DNA of 64,000 bases from the NCBI GenBank assembly GCA_001600695.1, contig BCKQ01000001.1, positions 282,507 through 346,506 on the forward strand, read 5' to 3'. The translations under genes were made by a program, and so were the position numbers. Each line of letters begins with the position of its first letter. Positions within the stretch are counted from its first letter, which is position 1. Positions 1 to 11,126 of the stretch are shown in pieces. The notes under the pieces were generated by a model. It made no database searches. It saw nothing but the letters and a program-made list of their open reading frames with translations, and was not told the origin of the DNA. Origin of the DNA: Ascoidea asiatica JCM 7603 (lineage: Eukaryota > Fungi > Ascomycota).

Positions 1-292
1 TTCGGGATTTAAAATCATTTACGATTACTAACTAATTTCAGTCACTATTATTATTTAAATCTTAAAAAAAATATTGAAAAAAAAAAATATCGAATAGTTT
101 ATCATTTCTTGGGGTATTTTTAATTCAAGATGTCGAATATATATTTATTAAGTATATAAAAGATGGTTTACAACCATGAATTAATTTATTAGTATATATC
201 TATCTTCGTTAGATAAAATTAAAGAAATTATAATCAAATTTTTCACTACACTTTTTTAGTACGTTCAAAAAGAGGAATACAATCAATAAAAG

Positions 293-2542
293 ATGAAGTT
301 GAAAAATAATAATTCAAATAATCAAAAAATTCTTGAAAATTCGAATCATAACAATTCTGAAAATTCTAGCTCAATCAGTCAAGATCCAAAAATATATCAT
401 GTTCTACCATCTTTTCAAATGTATGAATCTTTTATAAATTCAAGATCAATTAGTTCAAGTTCTCAAATTTCAACATTGAATTCCAGACAATCAAGACTTA
501 ACTCAATTGGCTCAGATTCAAACACTAGTTCAAATATAAGTATTTTATCTGAAAATAATGATAAAATCAATTATGGACCTAAAAATAAAGCTAGACCTCC
601 AAGTTATGAATATTCATTAAGTGGTTCAAATACTCCAATTTCTTCAAATTCTTTTATCTTAAATCAAAATAACGAGTTTCTAATAGGTCCTGATGAACTT
701 TTACATAATCCAAAAGTTGATATTGAAAATTCCATATTATTAGCAGATAATGATTATCAGACGATAATGTTCAAAAACGTAAGAGATTTAGAATATCTCA
801 CAATTCCTGGAATTTCAATTGAATCGATTCTTATAGATAATCAAAAAGATATTCAAACTCCTCCAATAAAAGTCAATCCTTTGAAAGAATTTTCACCAGG
901 TGAATCTGTCAAAGGTTATGTTACAATTGAAAATAAAACTAATAAAGATATTTCTTTTCAAAATTTTTATGTTTCTTTAGAAGGAACTCTAAAAACTTGG
1001 ACTTATAAAAAAGAAAATAATCAAATAATCAAATATAAGAATTCGAAATCAATTTTAGAAATGATTGATTTAAGTGCATCTTGGTCATTGGCATGTATAG
1101 TGCCGAATTATGGTATTGGATATAAAGCTCATGAAAAAACCAATTATGATAATGCAGTTTTAGCATTACCTAATTCTCGTATACTAAAAGCAAAAACAAA
1201 ATATAAAAAATATTTTTATTTCACATTTCCTTCAAATTCTTTAGATGTAGTTTGTCCTCATGATATTGAAAATCATTTGAATTTACCTTCATCTTTAACA
1301 ATCAATAAGTCTAACTCTAATATTAAACAGAAATATATATTTAGTGATGAAGAAAGTGTTTTATCTAATTGGTTAAATTTGAATAAAAAAAAAGATTGTC
1401 CTTCAGTTAGTTATTCAATCAATACAAGATTAATTTGTTCAAAAGAAGAAATTGCAAAATTTTTTAAACCTGTATATAATCAACCAGATAATGATTTTTT
1501 TATTTGTGGAAATGCAATATCTCATCTAAGATTCGTACCTAAAAAAGTGACGAATGATGAAAGAAATTCAAGAAATTCAATTTTGAATCTAAATTATAAT
1601 TATTTTGAACAAGTTAAATCTTTAGCAAATCATATTTCAGATGAGATTCTTAATTTAGAAAAACAAGGAGTTTCCACAAATTTTCAAAATCCTGTTTCTT
1701 TAATTAAAAAAAAATATAAAATTTTATTTGAAAACAAAAGTAAAACTTATATAAGTCAAATTTCAGAAAAAATAATTAATAAAGATAATAATAATCATGA
1801 AAGAAATTTATTTCATATTGAGAATCTAAAGGTTAAAAAATCAAATAAAAATATAAGTATTGTTTTAAAAAAAGTTTTCGGCGATAATCTAAATAACTTA
1901 AATAATAAATTTTCAGCTAAAGTGAATATTCCTGATTTTAATTTACCTTATGTATGGACATTCAGAAATGCTTCAAATGAGCTCAAAACCTTTAAATCTA
2001 AGCAGTTAGAGTTTGAAATTTTTATTAACAATCCTAAATTTCCAAAAGTACCAGTAATAACATCTATTGAATTAGATTTAATCGCAATCACAGCAACCTC
2101 AAATACCACTATTCCTTTAAATTTAACCCATAAAGTCTTTTTATGTAAGAATGAATTGAAAAACTTGAAAACCAAATTCAATGAACTTCAAAAAAGAATC
2201 TCAGAACTTCCTATCAATAAACAGAATACAATTCCTAAAAATATACTTGGTTCAATTAAAGCGATAGAAAACCTTCAATATTCTGAAATCACCTTCAGTA
2301 ATTTTCTCAAAATTCAAAATTTTACTAGTTCTGAGTGGAAGCTTAATGAAACATTAGATAAATGGACTAGTAAAGTGAAAATTGATATGAAACTATTTTC
2401 AAAATTTAATCAGACAATTATTCCAAGTTTCGAGAGTTGTATGATTTCTAGATTGTACTATATTCGCTCATCAGTGACTCTAAATAATAAGTACACAGTG
2501 TATGTTCCAATTCCAATTGAAGTGAAAAGAATTTTTAAATGA
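293..2542 (+). CDS. Bul1/Bul2-family Rsp5 ubiquitin-ligase adaptor (divergent)
   Basis: 749 aa ORF; N-terminal VLPSFQMY, PY motif RPPSYEY, Bul1_N-like GYVTIEN/FYVSLEG/LEMIDLSASWS, Bul1_C-like IIPSFESCMISRLYYI. Confidence 0.8.
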   Translation: MKLKNNNSNNQKILENSNHNNSENSSSISQDPKIYHVLPSFQMYESFINSRSISSSSQISTLNSRQSRLNSIGSDSNTSSNISILSENNDKINYGPKNKARPPSYEYSLSGSNTPISSNSFILNQNNEFLIGPDELLHNPKVDIENSILLADNDYQTIMFKNVRDLEYLTIPGISIESILIDNQKDIQTPPIKVNPLKEFSPGESVKGYVTIENKTNKDISFQNFYVSLEGTLKTWTYKKENNQIIKYKNSKSILEMIDLSASWSLACIVPNYGIGYKAHEKTNYDNAVLALPNSRILKAKTKYKKYFYFTFPSNSLDVVCPHDIENHLNLPSSLTINKSNSNIKQKYIFSDEESVLSNWLNLNKKKDCPSVSYSINTRLICSKEEIAKFFKPVYNQPDNDFFICGNAISHLRFVPKKVTNDERNSRNSILNLNYNYFEQVKSLANHISDEILNLEKQGVSTNFQNPVSLIKKKYKILFENKSKTYISQISEKIINKDNNNHERNLFHIENLKVKKSNKNISIVLKKVFGDNLNNLNNKFSAKVNIPDFNLPYVWTFRNASNELKTFKSKQLEFEIFINNPKFPKVPVITSIELDLIAITATSNTTIPLNLTHKVFLCKNELKNLKTKFNELQKRISELPINKQNTIPKNILGSIKAIENLQYSEITFSNFLKIQNFTSSEWKLNETLDKWTSKVKIDMKLFSKFNQTIIPSFESCMISRLYYIRSSVTLNNKYTVYVPIPIEVKRIFK

Positions 2543-2710
2543 TCTGACCAGCAATAAATAAAATCACAATCTGATGATAATCAGCTTCACTTATGCATTT
2601 AACTTGATAGCTTCAATAAAACAATAATAAAATTAATAGCAAAAAAGGGTAGTTTCAGTATTTGGTTGAGTGTGATTACGTAATTAGTGTTTCTTGGAGA
2701 AAAAAAGAAT

Positions 2711-2891
2711 TTCTGGGGAAAATTCTGGAAAAGTCTGGAACAATCGGGAAGGTTCTGGAAGTGAGACCGGTTTTGTGGGTCTTCTTTCTTTGGGTGTTTC
2801 CTCCACACTTTCACTGGACATTATTTTAATAAATGGTGAACTGAAATAAAAATATTGGTTTATTCGAATTCTAGAAAATGCTGGAATACTC
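2711..2891. promoter_or_regulatory. Heat-shock elements (Hsf1) upstream of small HSP
   Basis: GAA at 2718, 2728, 2738, 2748, 2758 (10-bp period) with TTC at 2723 and 2753; second element TTCtaGAAaaTGCtgGAA at 2869-2886; TATA-like TATATAAG near 3030. Confidence 0.85.
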
Positions 2892-3210
2892 CAAGAGAAA
2901 TATTGAAGAACTATAGTGAAGTTTATTTTATTGCTGAATACTGTGGAAGACCATTTTTCTTTGATTTAATGCTTGCTTGCTGAAAGAGTTTTTGCTATTA
3001 ATGTGCCTCTTCATTTTAATTAAAAATAATATATAAGGACAAGATGTTTTCAAATAATTTTGGATAAGTTTTGATAAAATATTTTATTCAATTCAATTTA
3101 TTTTAACTAATTATATCTAACTTAATTAATTATAATATCCAACTCAATTACTTATCATATAAAACTTACTTTAAAACTACAATTTCAATTAATATAATAT
3201 CAATTTTATA

Positions 3211-3798
3211 ATGTCTGGTTTATTTTACTCACCTTTTTGGGATTTTGCTGCTGGTATTGATGACAGCTTAAATGAATTATATCGTGCATTTCCAAGAGAA
3301 GAAATCAAGAATCAAAAAGCAATTGGTAAAAAGGAAAACAACAACAAAAAAGGAAAACAAGTTGCCAATGTTAAAAAAGAAAAACCAAGATCTTTAGTTT
3401 CTGGATTTTTCCCTGATGATGATGATTATAATCTCTGGAACATGGATTTCAAAGATATTGTTCCTCCTGTTGATTTAATCAGTAATGATAAAGATTACGA
3501 ATTACATTTATCTATTCCTGGTGCTGAAAAGGATAAAATTAATATTGATTTCAATAAAGAAACCAATTCAGTTACAGTTTCCGGGGAGATTGAAAACCAT
3601 AAAGAAGAAACCAAAGATAATATCAAATATCAAGAAAGATCAACAGGATCATTTTTAAGAACTGTTGCTTTACCAAAAGAGGAGAAATTAGATGATGAAC
3701 ATATCTCTGCTAAATATATTGATGGTGTCTTGGTTCTTTCAGTTCCAAAATTAGGTAAAAAAGAAACTGAAAATGTTCGTCGTATTACTATTTCTTAA
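3211..3798 (+). CDS. HSP26: Small heat-shock protein, Hsp20/alpha-crystallin family (Hsp26-like)
   Basis: PPVDL, ERSTGSFLRTVALP, ISAKYIDGVLVLSVPK, C-terminal RRITIS (IxI); HSE-rich promoter. Confidence 0.85.
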   Translation: MSGLFYSPFWDFAAGIDDSLNELYRAFPREEIKNQKAIGKKENNNKKGKQVANVKKEKPRSLVSGFFPDDDDYNLWNMDFKDIVPPVDLISNDKDYELHLSIPGAEKDKINIDFNKETNSVTVSGEIENHKEETKDNIKYQERSTGSFLRTVALPKEEKLDDEHISAKYIDGVLVLSVPKLGKKETENVRRITIS

Positions 3799-4509
3799 AT
3801 TAATATGTTTTCAAATAGTTTGATTTCTTAATACTTTTTTTAAAATTTCATATTTTTATACTTTTTTTAATTTATTTCGTTTTTGAATCTGTTTCTGAAT
3901 TCTTGATACGATATCGTGTGTCACTTTTTATATTTAGTTTTTTTTTTATGTTTTTAATTATCTTTCAATAAAGAAAAGTTTATTTTTTAAATTACATGTA
4001 GATTTCAAATATGAATAATTAATTATTATTTTAAAATTTGATTAATCTCTAAAAGATTATATCAAGACTTCTTGATTTACTTTATAACAAATGAAATAAT
4101 AGGAAATTTATAAAAAAAATTGTCTAGATTTATAGAATTAATAGAATAAATAGTATTATTATTATTATTTAAATGATTTGTCATAAGATAAAAAACAGGA
4201 AGCGATGAATAAAAGGGGTAGAAAATTAAACAGTGATGAGAAAATGAAGCTGAAAATTTAGCATAATGATAAGAATGAAAAAAAAAAAAAAAGATATAAA
4301 GACAAATTAAGATGTATGAAGCTTGACCTGAAACTTTGCATTTTTAAAGATTTTATTACTTTATGTAATTGAAAAGTTTATTAAAACGAAATTTTAAAAT
4401 AAAAAATCGAGAATAAATTAATAAGACTGTAATTAATTAAATTGAAATTAATTATACATGAAATTAATCAAATTAAATAATTTAGATAATTTAGATAAGT
4501 TAGAATAAG

Positions 4510-5730
4510 TTAAAAATTATAACTACCAGTTGCAACCTCTTGTTGTTGTAATTTTAATTGATGATCTTTTTCTAATCTTTCTTCCATTTCTTTCAATTCT
4601 TTTTCTCTATCTAATAATTCTTGTCTCTTTTTCATTAATTCTTGTTGAACTTTTTCTTCATAAGCTTTTAATCTATCTTCTTCTATTTTAATTTGTTCTT
4701 CTCTTGAATTGTAAGTATCATTAGTTGTATTATTTAAAGCAGAAGAACCAGTAATTTGATTTGATAAAGGTGAATTTAAAGATAATTTAGAGGTATTATG
4801 AGCTAATTCAGGTACAGATAAATCATTATTTTGATCTTTACCAGATAAAGCATCAGTTCTATATTTTTCATATAATATTTCTTGAGTATATTCTTTGAAA
4901 TCTTGTAAATGAGAAATTAATAAAGCAGATCTTAAAGTAATAAAATCACTTTGATCAGGATCTTCTATATCAATTGTACCCCAAGGATATTGTCTAACTC
5001 TAATTAAATCACCATCTTCATTTTTAATTTGATCATTTGAACCAACTATAGCAAATGGAATTAAAGATTTTAAATATGAATTTGCATCAATTGTTTCTTC
5101 ATCATCATAATTTAAATCAAATGGAAAATCATAAATTGGAATTTCATATTTTGATATATCTTCCATAATTAGTTTTTTATTTAAAGTTAATTCAGATATT
5201 GTTAAAGAATCAGATTTTGATATAACTGGTATAACATTAACTAAACCACCTAATTTTTTCATTATTTCTACATCAATTTCTCTTAAACCATGACCTGTAG
5301 CTACAATGAAATATAATAAAGCATGAACTCTACCATCTTTAAATCTTGGATTTCTTCTAACTCTTGATTCTTCTAATAAAATTTCATCATATTGATGTCT
5401 AATATATTCTATTATAATTGAAAAACTTGATTCATTATCTATTGAATCACCAAAACCAGGAGTATCAATAATTGATAAAGAAATTTTAACACCTTCAGCA
5501 TCTTCTAATTCTACATTTTCAGTTCTTAAAGTTAATTCTTTTTCATGAGAATCATCTTTTGGATCAGGAATAGTTGTTGAAACTTCAACAACTTGTTGAC
5601 CACATAATGAATTAATAAAAGTAGATCTACCTGTACCAGATTGACCAACTATCATTAAAGTGAATTGAATTCCTTTTTTAAGAGTTTTCTTCTTTCTTAA
5701 TTTAGAAGAAGATCCAATAACTGCAACCAT
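4510..5730 (-). CDS. CDC11: Septin Cdc11
   Basis: LRKKKTLKKGIQFTLMIVGQSGTGRSTFINSLCGQQVV (Cdc11-type P-loop with R), DTPGFGD, RQYPWG, C-terminal coiled coil. Confidence 0.95.
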   Translation of the reverse strand: MVAVIGSSSKLRKKKTLKKGIQFTLMIVGQSGTGRSTFINSLCGQQVVEVSTTIPDPKDDSHEKELTLRTENVELEDAEGVKISLSIIDTPGFGDSIDNESSFSIIIEYIRHQYDEILLEESRVRRNPRFKDGRVHALLYFIVATGHGLREIDVEIMKKLGGLVNVIPVISKSDSLTISELTLNKKLIMEDISKYEIPIYDFPFDLNYDDEETIDANSYLKSLIPFAIVGSNDQIKNEDGDLIRVRQYPWGTIDIEDPDQSDFITLRSALLISHLQDFKEYTQEILYEKYRTDALSGKDQNNDLSVPELAHNTSKLSLNSPLSNQITGSSALNNTTNDTYNSREEQIKIEEDRLKAYEEKVQQELMKKRQELLDREKELKEMEERLEKDHQLKLQQQEVATGSYNF

Positions 5731-6909
5731 TTTATTAATTTATTAAATTTTATATATTATTTACTGTTTATTTCTAAATTGAGATTGAAACTTGGTAATT
5801 AAAAATTCGAATTGAAATTTGAGCCAAAATTAAAATTGAAAATGAAATTGTAGTTGAGATTGAGATTGAGATTAATTCAAATTTGAATTTTTTGATATTA
5901 AAATGCAATATTTCAACTAGATCTCTGAGAATAATAAAAAATTAAAAGGGATAATTAGTATCCTTTTTTGAAATTATTCAATCTGTTTAATCTTTACGTT
6001 CTCTATGAACAATGTATTATTATTACTATTTCTATTAACAGGTGGTTTCTTGACAGAGTTTTGTTTTAGCTGAAGAAAGCTGGAAATTCACCGCCACATT
6101 CTTTCTTTTATTTATTTAGAGCATGTGCCGCAATGGCTGCGGTGACTCTCTTTCAAGGTTTACCGGAACTTGAATTACCTAAAGTGATATGAGTAATTGG
6201 AACCGGTTAACATTCAGTAATAATCATTACCAAATAGGAAGGTGCTTTTATAGAAACCATTATTTTTACTATTTGCACCTTATTGTTCACATTAGGCAAT
6301 TGTATCTACACAACAGCTGCGGTACCAAAACTGAAAGTCCCGCTCAATTGGTTTCGGGGCCGTTTAACTCCAGTTTGGTCTAGATGCAGTGATACACCTT
6401 TAAAAACAGAGGAGTGATTGGAAACCACTTTTAAGGTACTCTTAGGACTCAGATTTTGATTGGCAACAGCAGCTGCACTAAACGCCGGTCTTCTCAGATA
6501 TTCCTCGATATTTTATTATTTGGGTATTTTGGATATTAAGGATCATGATCCATTTTTATAGAAGTTACTAGTTACTTGATTGGAAGTTATTATAAAAAAA
6601 TTATTATATTTTCTTTATAATACATTTCTGATCCATATTAATTAATATTAAAAAACAATATTATACTAGGCTATCCAAATCGTTTGCTTATTCCACTTTC
6701 TTTAATATCTTTGAAGAAAATCTTAAATAAATCAGTCGGAAGATTTGAAAGATAGAAATTTAATTCTCATTCATTTTATCGCTGCAAAAATTTTCATACT
6801 TTTTTCAAATAATAATCTAAAAACCACATTTTCTACAAAAAAAACAATAATCTCGTTCAAATATTTTATATATATTTGTCAAATCATATTTTTAGTTATA
6901 TAAAATACT

Positions 6910-8199
6910 ATGGATTCTAATATTACAGAAAATCCTTTTTATTCCGATGATGATGAAGATGTTAATGAAGACGACCATTTTTTAGCTGATAATGATCTAA
7001 TAACTGATCAATATATTTATAATACCATAAATGGAGACGGTAGTGATAATAATAATAACAATATCAACAACAGTAATAACTTTTTGAATAAAGGTATATT
7101 ATCAAATTCAAATTTAAATTCAAATCTTAATTCAATAACTACTTTTTTATTTTCAAATCCAATAATAAACTCCTTAGATGATAAATTTCAATTCAAAAAA
7201 TTAATTAAAAAATTTGTTGATGAAAATTTAGGTCTTGTTTCTGTGATGACAGCAATGTTTGCATCTTCAATAATGTTAGTTGCAACTAAATTATTAGAAT
7301 TTGATAAAGATTTTGAAACTCCAATGCATCCCTTACAAATTTTATTTACAAGAATGTTATTTACTGTAATAATTTGTTGGTTATATTTATATAAGAATAG
7401 AAAAATTATTGATAATTGCCCATGGGGTCCAAAAGATTTAAGAATATTATTAATTTTAAGAGGTGTTGTTGGATTTTTTGGTGTATTTGGTTTATATTAT
7501 TCTTTAATGTATTTAACTGTATCTGATTCTGTTGTAATAACTTTTTTAAATCCTTCAATAGTTGCAATTGAAGCTTTTTTAATTTTAAATGAAAGATATA
7601 CATTTTTTGAAGGTATTGCTGCAACTGTTTCATTTCTTGGAGTAATTTTAATTGCAAGACCTGCATTTTTATTTGGATCAAATCAAAATTTTGATGAAGA
7701 TATTGAATCTCCAGATTTTTTATTGAGAGCATGGGCAGTAATTGTTGCATTATTTGGTGTATTTTCTGCAGCTTCTGTAGTTATAATCATTAGACATATT
7801 GGTAATAGAGTTAATGCTTTAATTACTGTACAATATTTTTCATTATATTCATTAATTGTATCATTTTTAGCTTTAATTTTTTTACCAGGCTTATCATTTG
7901 TTATGCCATCAACTTTTAAACAATGGTTAATGTTAGGAATTGTTAGTATTTCTGGATTCTCAAATCAATTTTTTTTAACAAAAGGTGTACAAATTGAGAA
8001 AAAAGCTGGAAGAGCAGCTTTAATGAATTATACACAAATGATGTGGGCAGTAATTTGGGATATTTTATTTTTTAATCATTTTCCAAATATTTTAAGTTGT
8101 ATTGGATTTATAATTATTTTAGGATCTGCATTAGCTGTTTTATTTTTTAAACCAAAAGAATCAAAACCTTTAACAATTTCTGATGAAGTTGAAATTTAA
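6910..8199 (+). CDS. EamA/DMT-family membrane transporter (YMR253C/YPL264C-like)
   Basis: ~10 TM segments; HPLQILFTRM, LILRGVVGFFGVFGLYYSLMYL, GVILIARPAFLFG, AGRAALMNYTQ. Confidence 0.85.
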   Translation: MDSNITENPFYSDDDEDVNEDDHFLADNDLITDQYIYNTINGDGSDNNNNNINNSNNFLNKGILSNSNLNSNLNSITTFLFSNPIINSLDDKFQFKKLIKKFVDENLGLVSVMTAMFASSIMLVATKLLEFDKDFETPMHPLQILFTRMLFTVIICWLYLYKNRKIIDNCPWGPKDLRILLILRGVVGFFGVFGLYYSLMYLTVSDSVVITFLNPSIVAIEAFLILNERYTFFEGIAATVSFLGVILIARPAFLFGSNQNFDEDIESPDFLLRAWAVIVALFGVFSAASVVIIIRHIGNRVNALITVQYFSLYSLIVSFLALIFLPGLSFVMPSTFKQWLMLGIVSISGFSNQFFLTKGVQIEKKAGRAALMNYTQMMWAVIWDILFFNHFPNILSCIGFIIILGSALAVLFFKPKESKPLTISDEVEI

Positions 8200-8791
8200 T
8201 AATGATATTTTTTTTGTTTGGTTTTTTTCAATTTTTTTATCTGGAAATTTTCTTTAAGCCTTTTTAGAAATGAATAATCATCAATAGATTTTTTAAATAG
8301 ACTTTTACTTATTCTTTGTTTTTTCATATATATTTTTTATGTATAGGTATATAGTATATGGGTGTTTTAAAGGTTTGGTTTCACTTTTTTTGTTTCTCTC
8401 TCAAATTTATACTTTATACATACATAGTAAATATATAGCGTATATATAAATATATAATACAATCATTTACAGTCGTTTACGATCATTTAAATTTTTGAAT
8501 GGATATTAACTGTAGATATTGAAATATTAAAATATTAGTATTTATTATATAGAATTGAATAAATAAACAATTATTTTTTATTATTTTTTTTTTTTAAAAA
8601 GAATGCCGACCAATATAAGATAAAATAGATAAAAGAAATGACCTAAAGTTAAAAGAACCGAAAATAAAACATTTAGGGAAGAATAATATGCAATAAGAAT
8701 AAAAGAAAATTAAAGGGAATTTTGAAGAATAGATGAAGAAGATTTAAAAATATCTAAAAAAGATTTAAAGAAGAATTTTAATTTAAAATAC

Positions 8792-9682
8792 TTAAGCAGT
8801 TGAAGGAGCATTACCTAAGAAACCGAAATTTCTTTCAACACCCCAAGTATTTTCAGTTTTCCATAATTCATTATAAGCAGAAAATAAGAAACAAGAATCA
8901 GAAGCAGAAGATTGAATTGCTTTGATTGCAGTTTTTTGTTCTTCAACACCTGGAACTGCAACATTATAAGCAGAACCAGCCCATGGCCAACCAGTTTCTA
9001 AAACTACAACATCTTTTGGATGACCATGTTCATTACAAAAAGCCCAAACAGCTTGAATATGACTTAAAACATAATCACCAGCATTTTCAGCGGTACTATT
9101 ATCAAAGAATGGATGAGCATTAACACCAATATAATCATTAACTTCACAAAGAGATGGATTACCATAATAAGAAGAAATTGTATCAGCGCTAACGAATTTA
9201 CCTGTGAAAGTTGAAAGTAATTCTCTTGCATTTGATAAAATTGTTGAAACTTCATCAGCAGTATACCAAGAATTATAAACTAATTCATTACCAACAACAA
9301 CAGTATCAACAACATTATTGAATTCTTTACCAGCAAGACCACAACTTGCAGCAATTGAATAAATTTCTTCTTGCATTAAATCTTTTGATCCAACATTATT
9401 TAAAGCTACAATTAATTTTTGAGAATCAGTCATACCTTCTAAAGCATATTGAACAACAGCACAATCATTTGAATATAATCTAATTAAAGAATAATCATGA
9501 AGATTTGAGATATCTTCAGTAATTTGAGCACCAGTACGACAGTTATAATCTTTATCAAAAGGAGTATAAGTTGTACCTTTAAAACCAGTTGCATAACTTG
9601 GAATTGATACTGATCTTTTTGCAATTGTTGCAGCTTGAGCAGTAGATGCAGCTAAAGCAGCTAATAGAATTGATAATTTCAT
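8792..9682 (-). CDS. SCW4: Secreted GH17 cell-wall glucanase/transglycosylase (Scw4/Scw10/MP65-like)
   Basis: Signal peptide + KR; IRLYSNDC, VGNEL, VNAHPFFD, ETGWP, FSAYNELWK; close to CWC22 as SCW4 is in S. cerevisiae. Confidence 0.75.
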   Translation of the reverse strand: MKLSILLAALAASTAQAATIAKRSVSIPSYATGFKGTTYTPFDKDYNCRTGAQITEDISNLHDYSLIRLYSNDCAVVQYALEGMTDSQKLIVALNNVGSKDLMQEEIYSIAASCGLAGKEFNNVVDTVVVGNELVYNSWYTADEVSTILSNARELLSTFTGKFVSADTISSYYGNPSLCEVNDYIGVNAHPFFDNSTAENAGDYVLSHIQAVWAFCNEHGHPKDVVVLETGWPWAGSAYNVAVPGVEEQKTAIKAIQSSASDSCFLFSAYNELWKTENTWGVERNFGFLGNAPSTA

Positions 9683-10951
9683 TTTTTTTTTTTTTCTATT
9701 TATTTATTAATAATTTATTATATATAATTTATTATTTATATTTCTTAAGCGATTGACAAATGTAGGGTATAAAGTTGAATTATAATATATGAATGATATA
9801 TGAATAATAAAATTGAATTTGTAATGAATTAGAAATGAATAAAAGAAATGAATAATAAAGTAGACAATTAAGGATATTTATACATAAATCCAATGAGATT
9901 GAAAGAAATTGAATAAAATACAAGTGAAAGAAATTGAGATGGATTGAATTAGTGAATGATGCCAATTGAATTTAAAATTATATGAATATTTTTTAAAATT
10001 GCTACTGACTTCTATTTTTATTGGCAGAAAGAAAGAAAGAACTAAAAAGAAATAATAAAAGCAATTCAAAAATACTTTAAATTATTGTCTGAACAAAAGC
10101 AGAATTCTAAAAATATTCAAAAGAAAGTAATTGACTAAAAAAAAAAAAAAGAAGCAAAGTTAATGATAGTTGTAATAATAATAGTAGTTTTAGCAAATCA
10201 ATTGTATTTGAACCCCAATTTTAAGTGAATTGCAGTGTGAAAAGTAGTGTAATTCAATAGAAATTAGAGGAGTTCACTGAAATTTTGCTAGAAAACATTG
10301 GAATAAACCTATTTTTAACTATTCTTTATTTTTTATTCCTTCACCCTTCTTTTTCCTCTCCAAGATCTATCAGAATCCGAGTAAATGAGAGAAAGAGTCG
10401 AGAGATCGATGGGGTTTCTGTTTCTGTTTTTGTTTCTGTTGCCGAAGCACAGAAGCGCAGCAACAACTCGCTCCCTTCCCAAAAGTTACTTTCTGTCTAT
10501 GATTCTGTCATTATTCTGTAATCATTTTGCAATTATTCTTTGCATTATTCTTTTTTTTTTCAATCCTCTTCCTTTGTTTCCTTTTTTAGCTTTACCTGAA
10601 AGAATTCCCCAGACAATTCTCAAAATTTTCCAACCACAAACACCTGACAATCCAAAAAAGTTCAAAAATCGGCTAACTCTTAACCAGAAACAGCAGCAAT
10701 GACCACGGTCACAGCCTCTTGCAGAGCTGAGAGCATCCTAAAAATAGTTATTGACCGGAATATATCAAAAGAGGTAATTTCAGAAGGAAATTTCGGAAAG
10801 ATAAAAAATTCCCCAAATACGGATTTATAAAACGGATTACGTAAACCGCCGTGGCCAAGAGGAAACATTTCAATGCGCATTGACGCATATTGTTCTATTC
10901 TAAACTTTAAATCTCTTTCCCGAAAATAATTCATTGTGGTTACCCAGATTA

Positions 10952-10987
10952 TTCTGATTCTTCTGATTCTTCTGATTCTTCTGATTC
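10952..10987. repeat. Tandem repeat (TTCTGATTC)x4
   Basis: Four exact 9-bp copies. Confidence 0.95.
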
Positions 10988-11126
10988 TTAAATACTACAA
11001 CATCTTCAAAAAAAAAGTAGAAAAAAATTGAATGCAAATAAAAAAATATAAAACACTTTTATTAATTAGCAAAATAAACTTATAGTACAATACAATATAT
11101 TATTTGAATGAAAGAACATTAATCAT

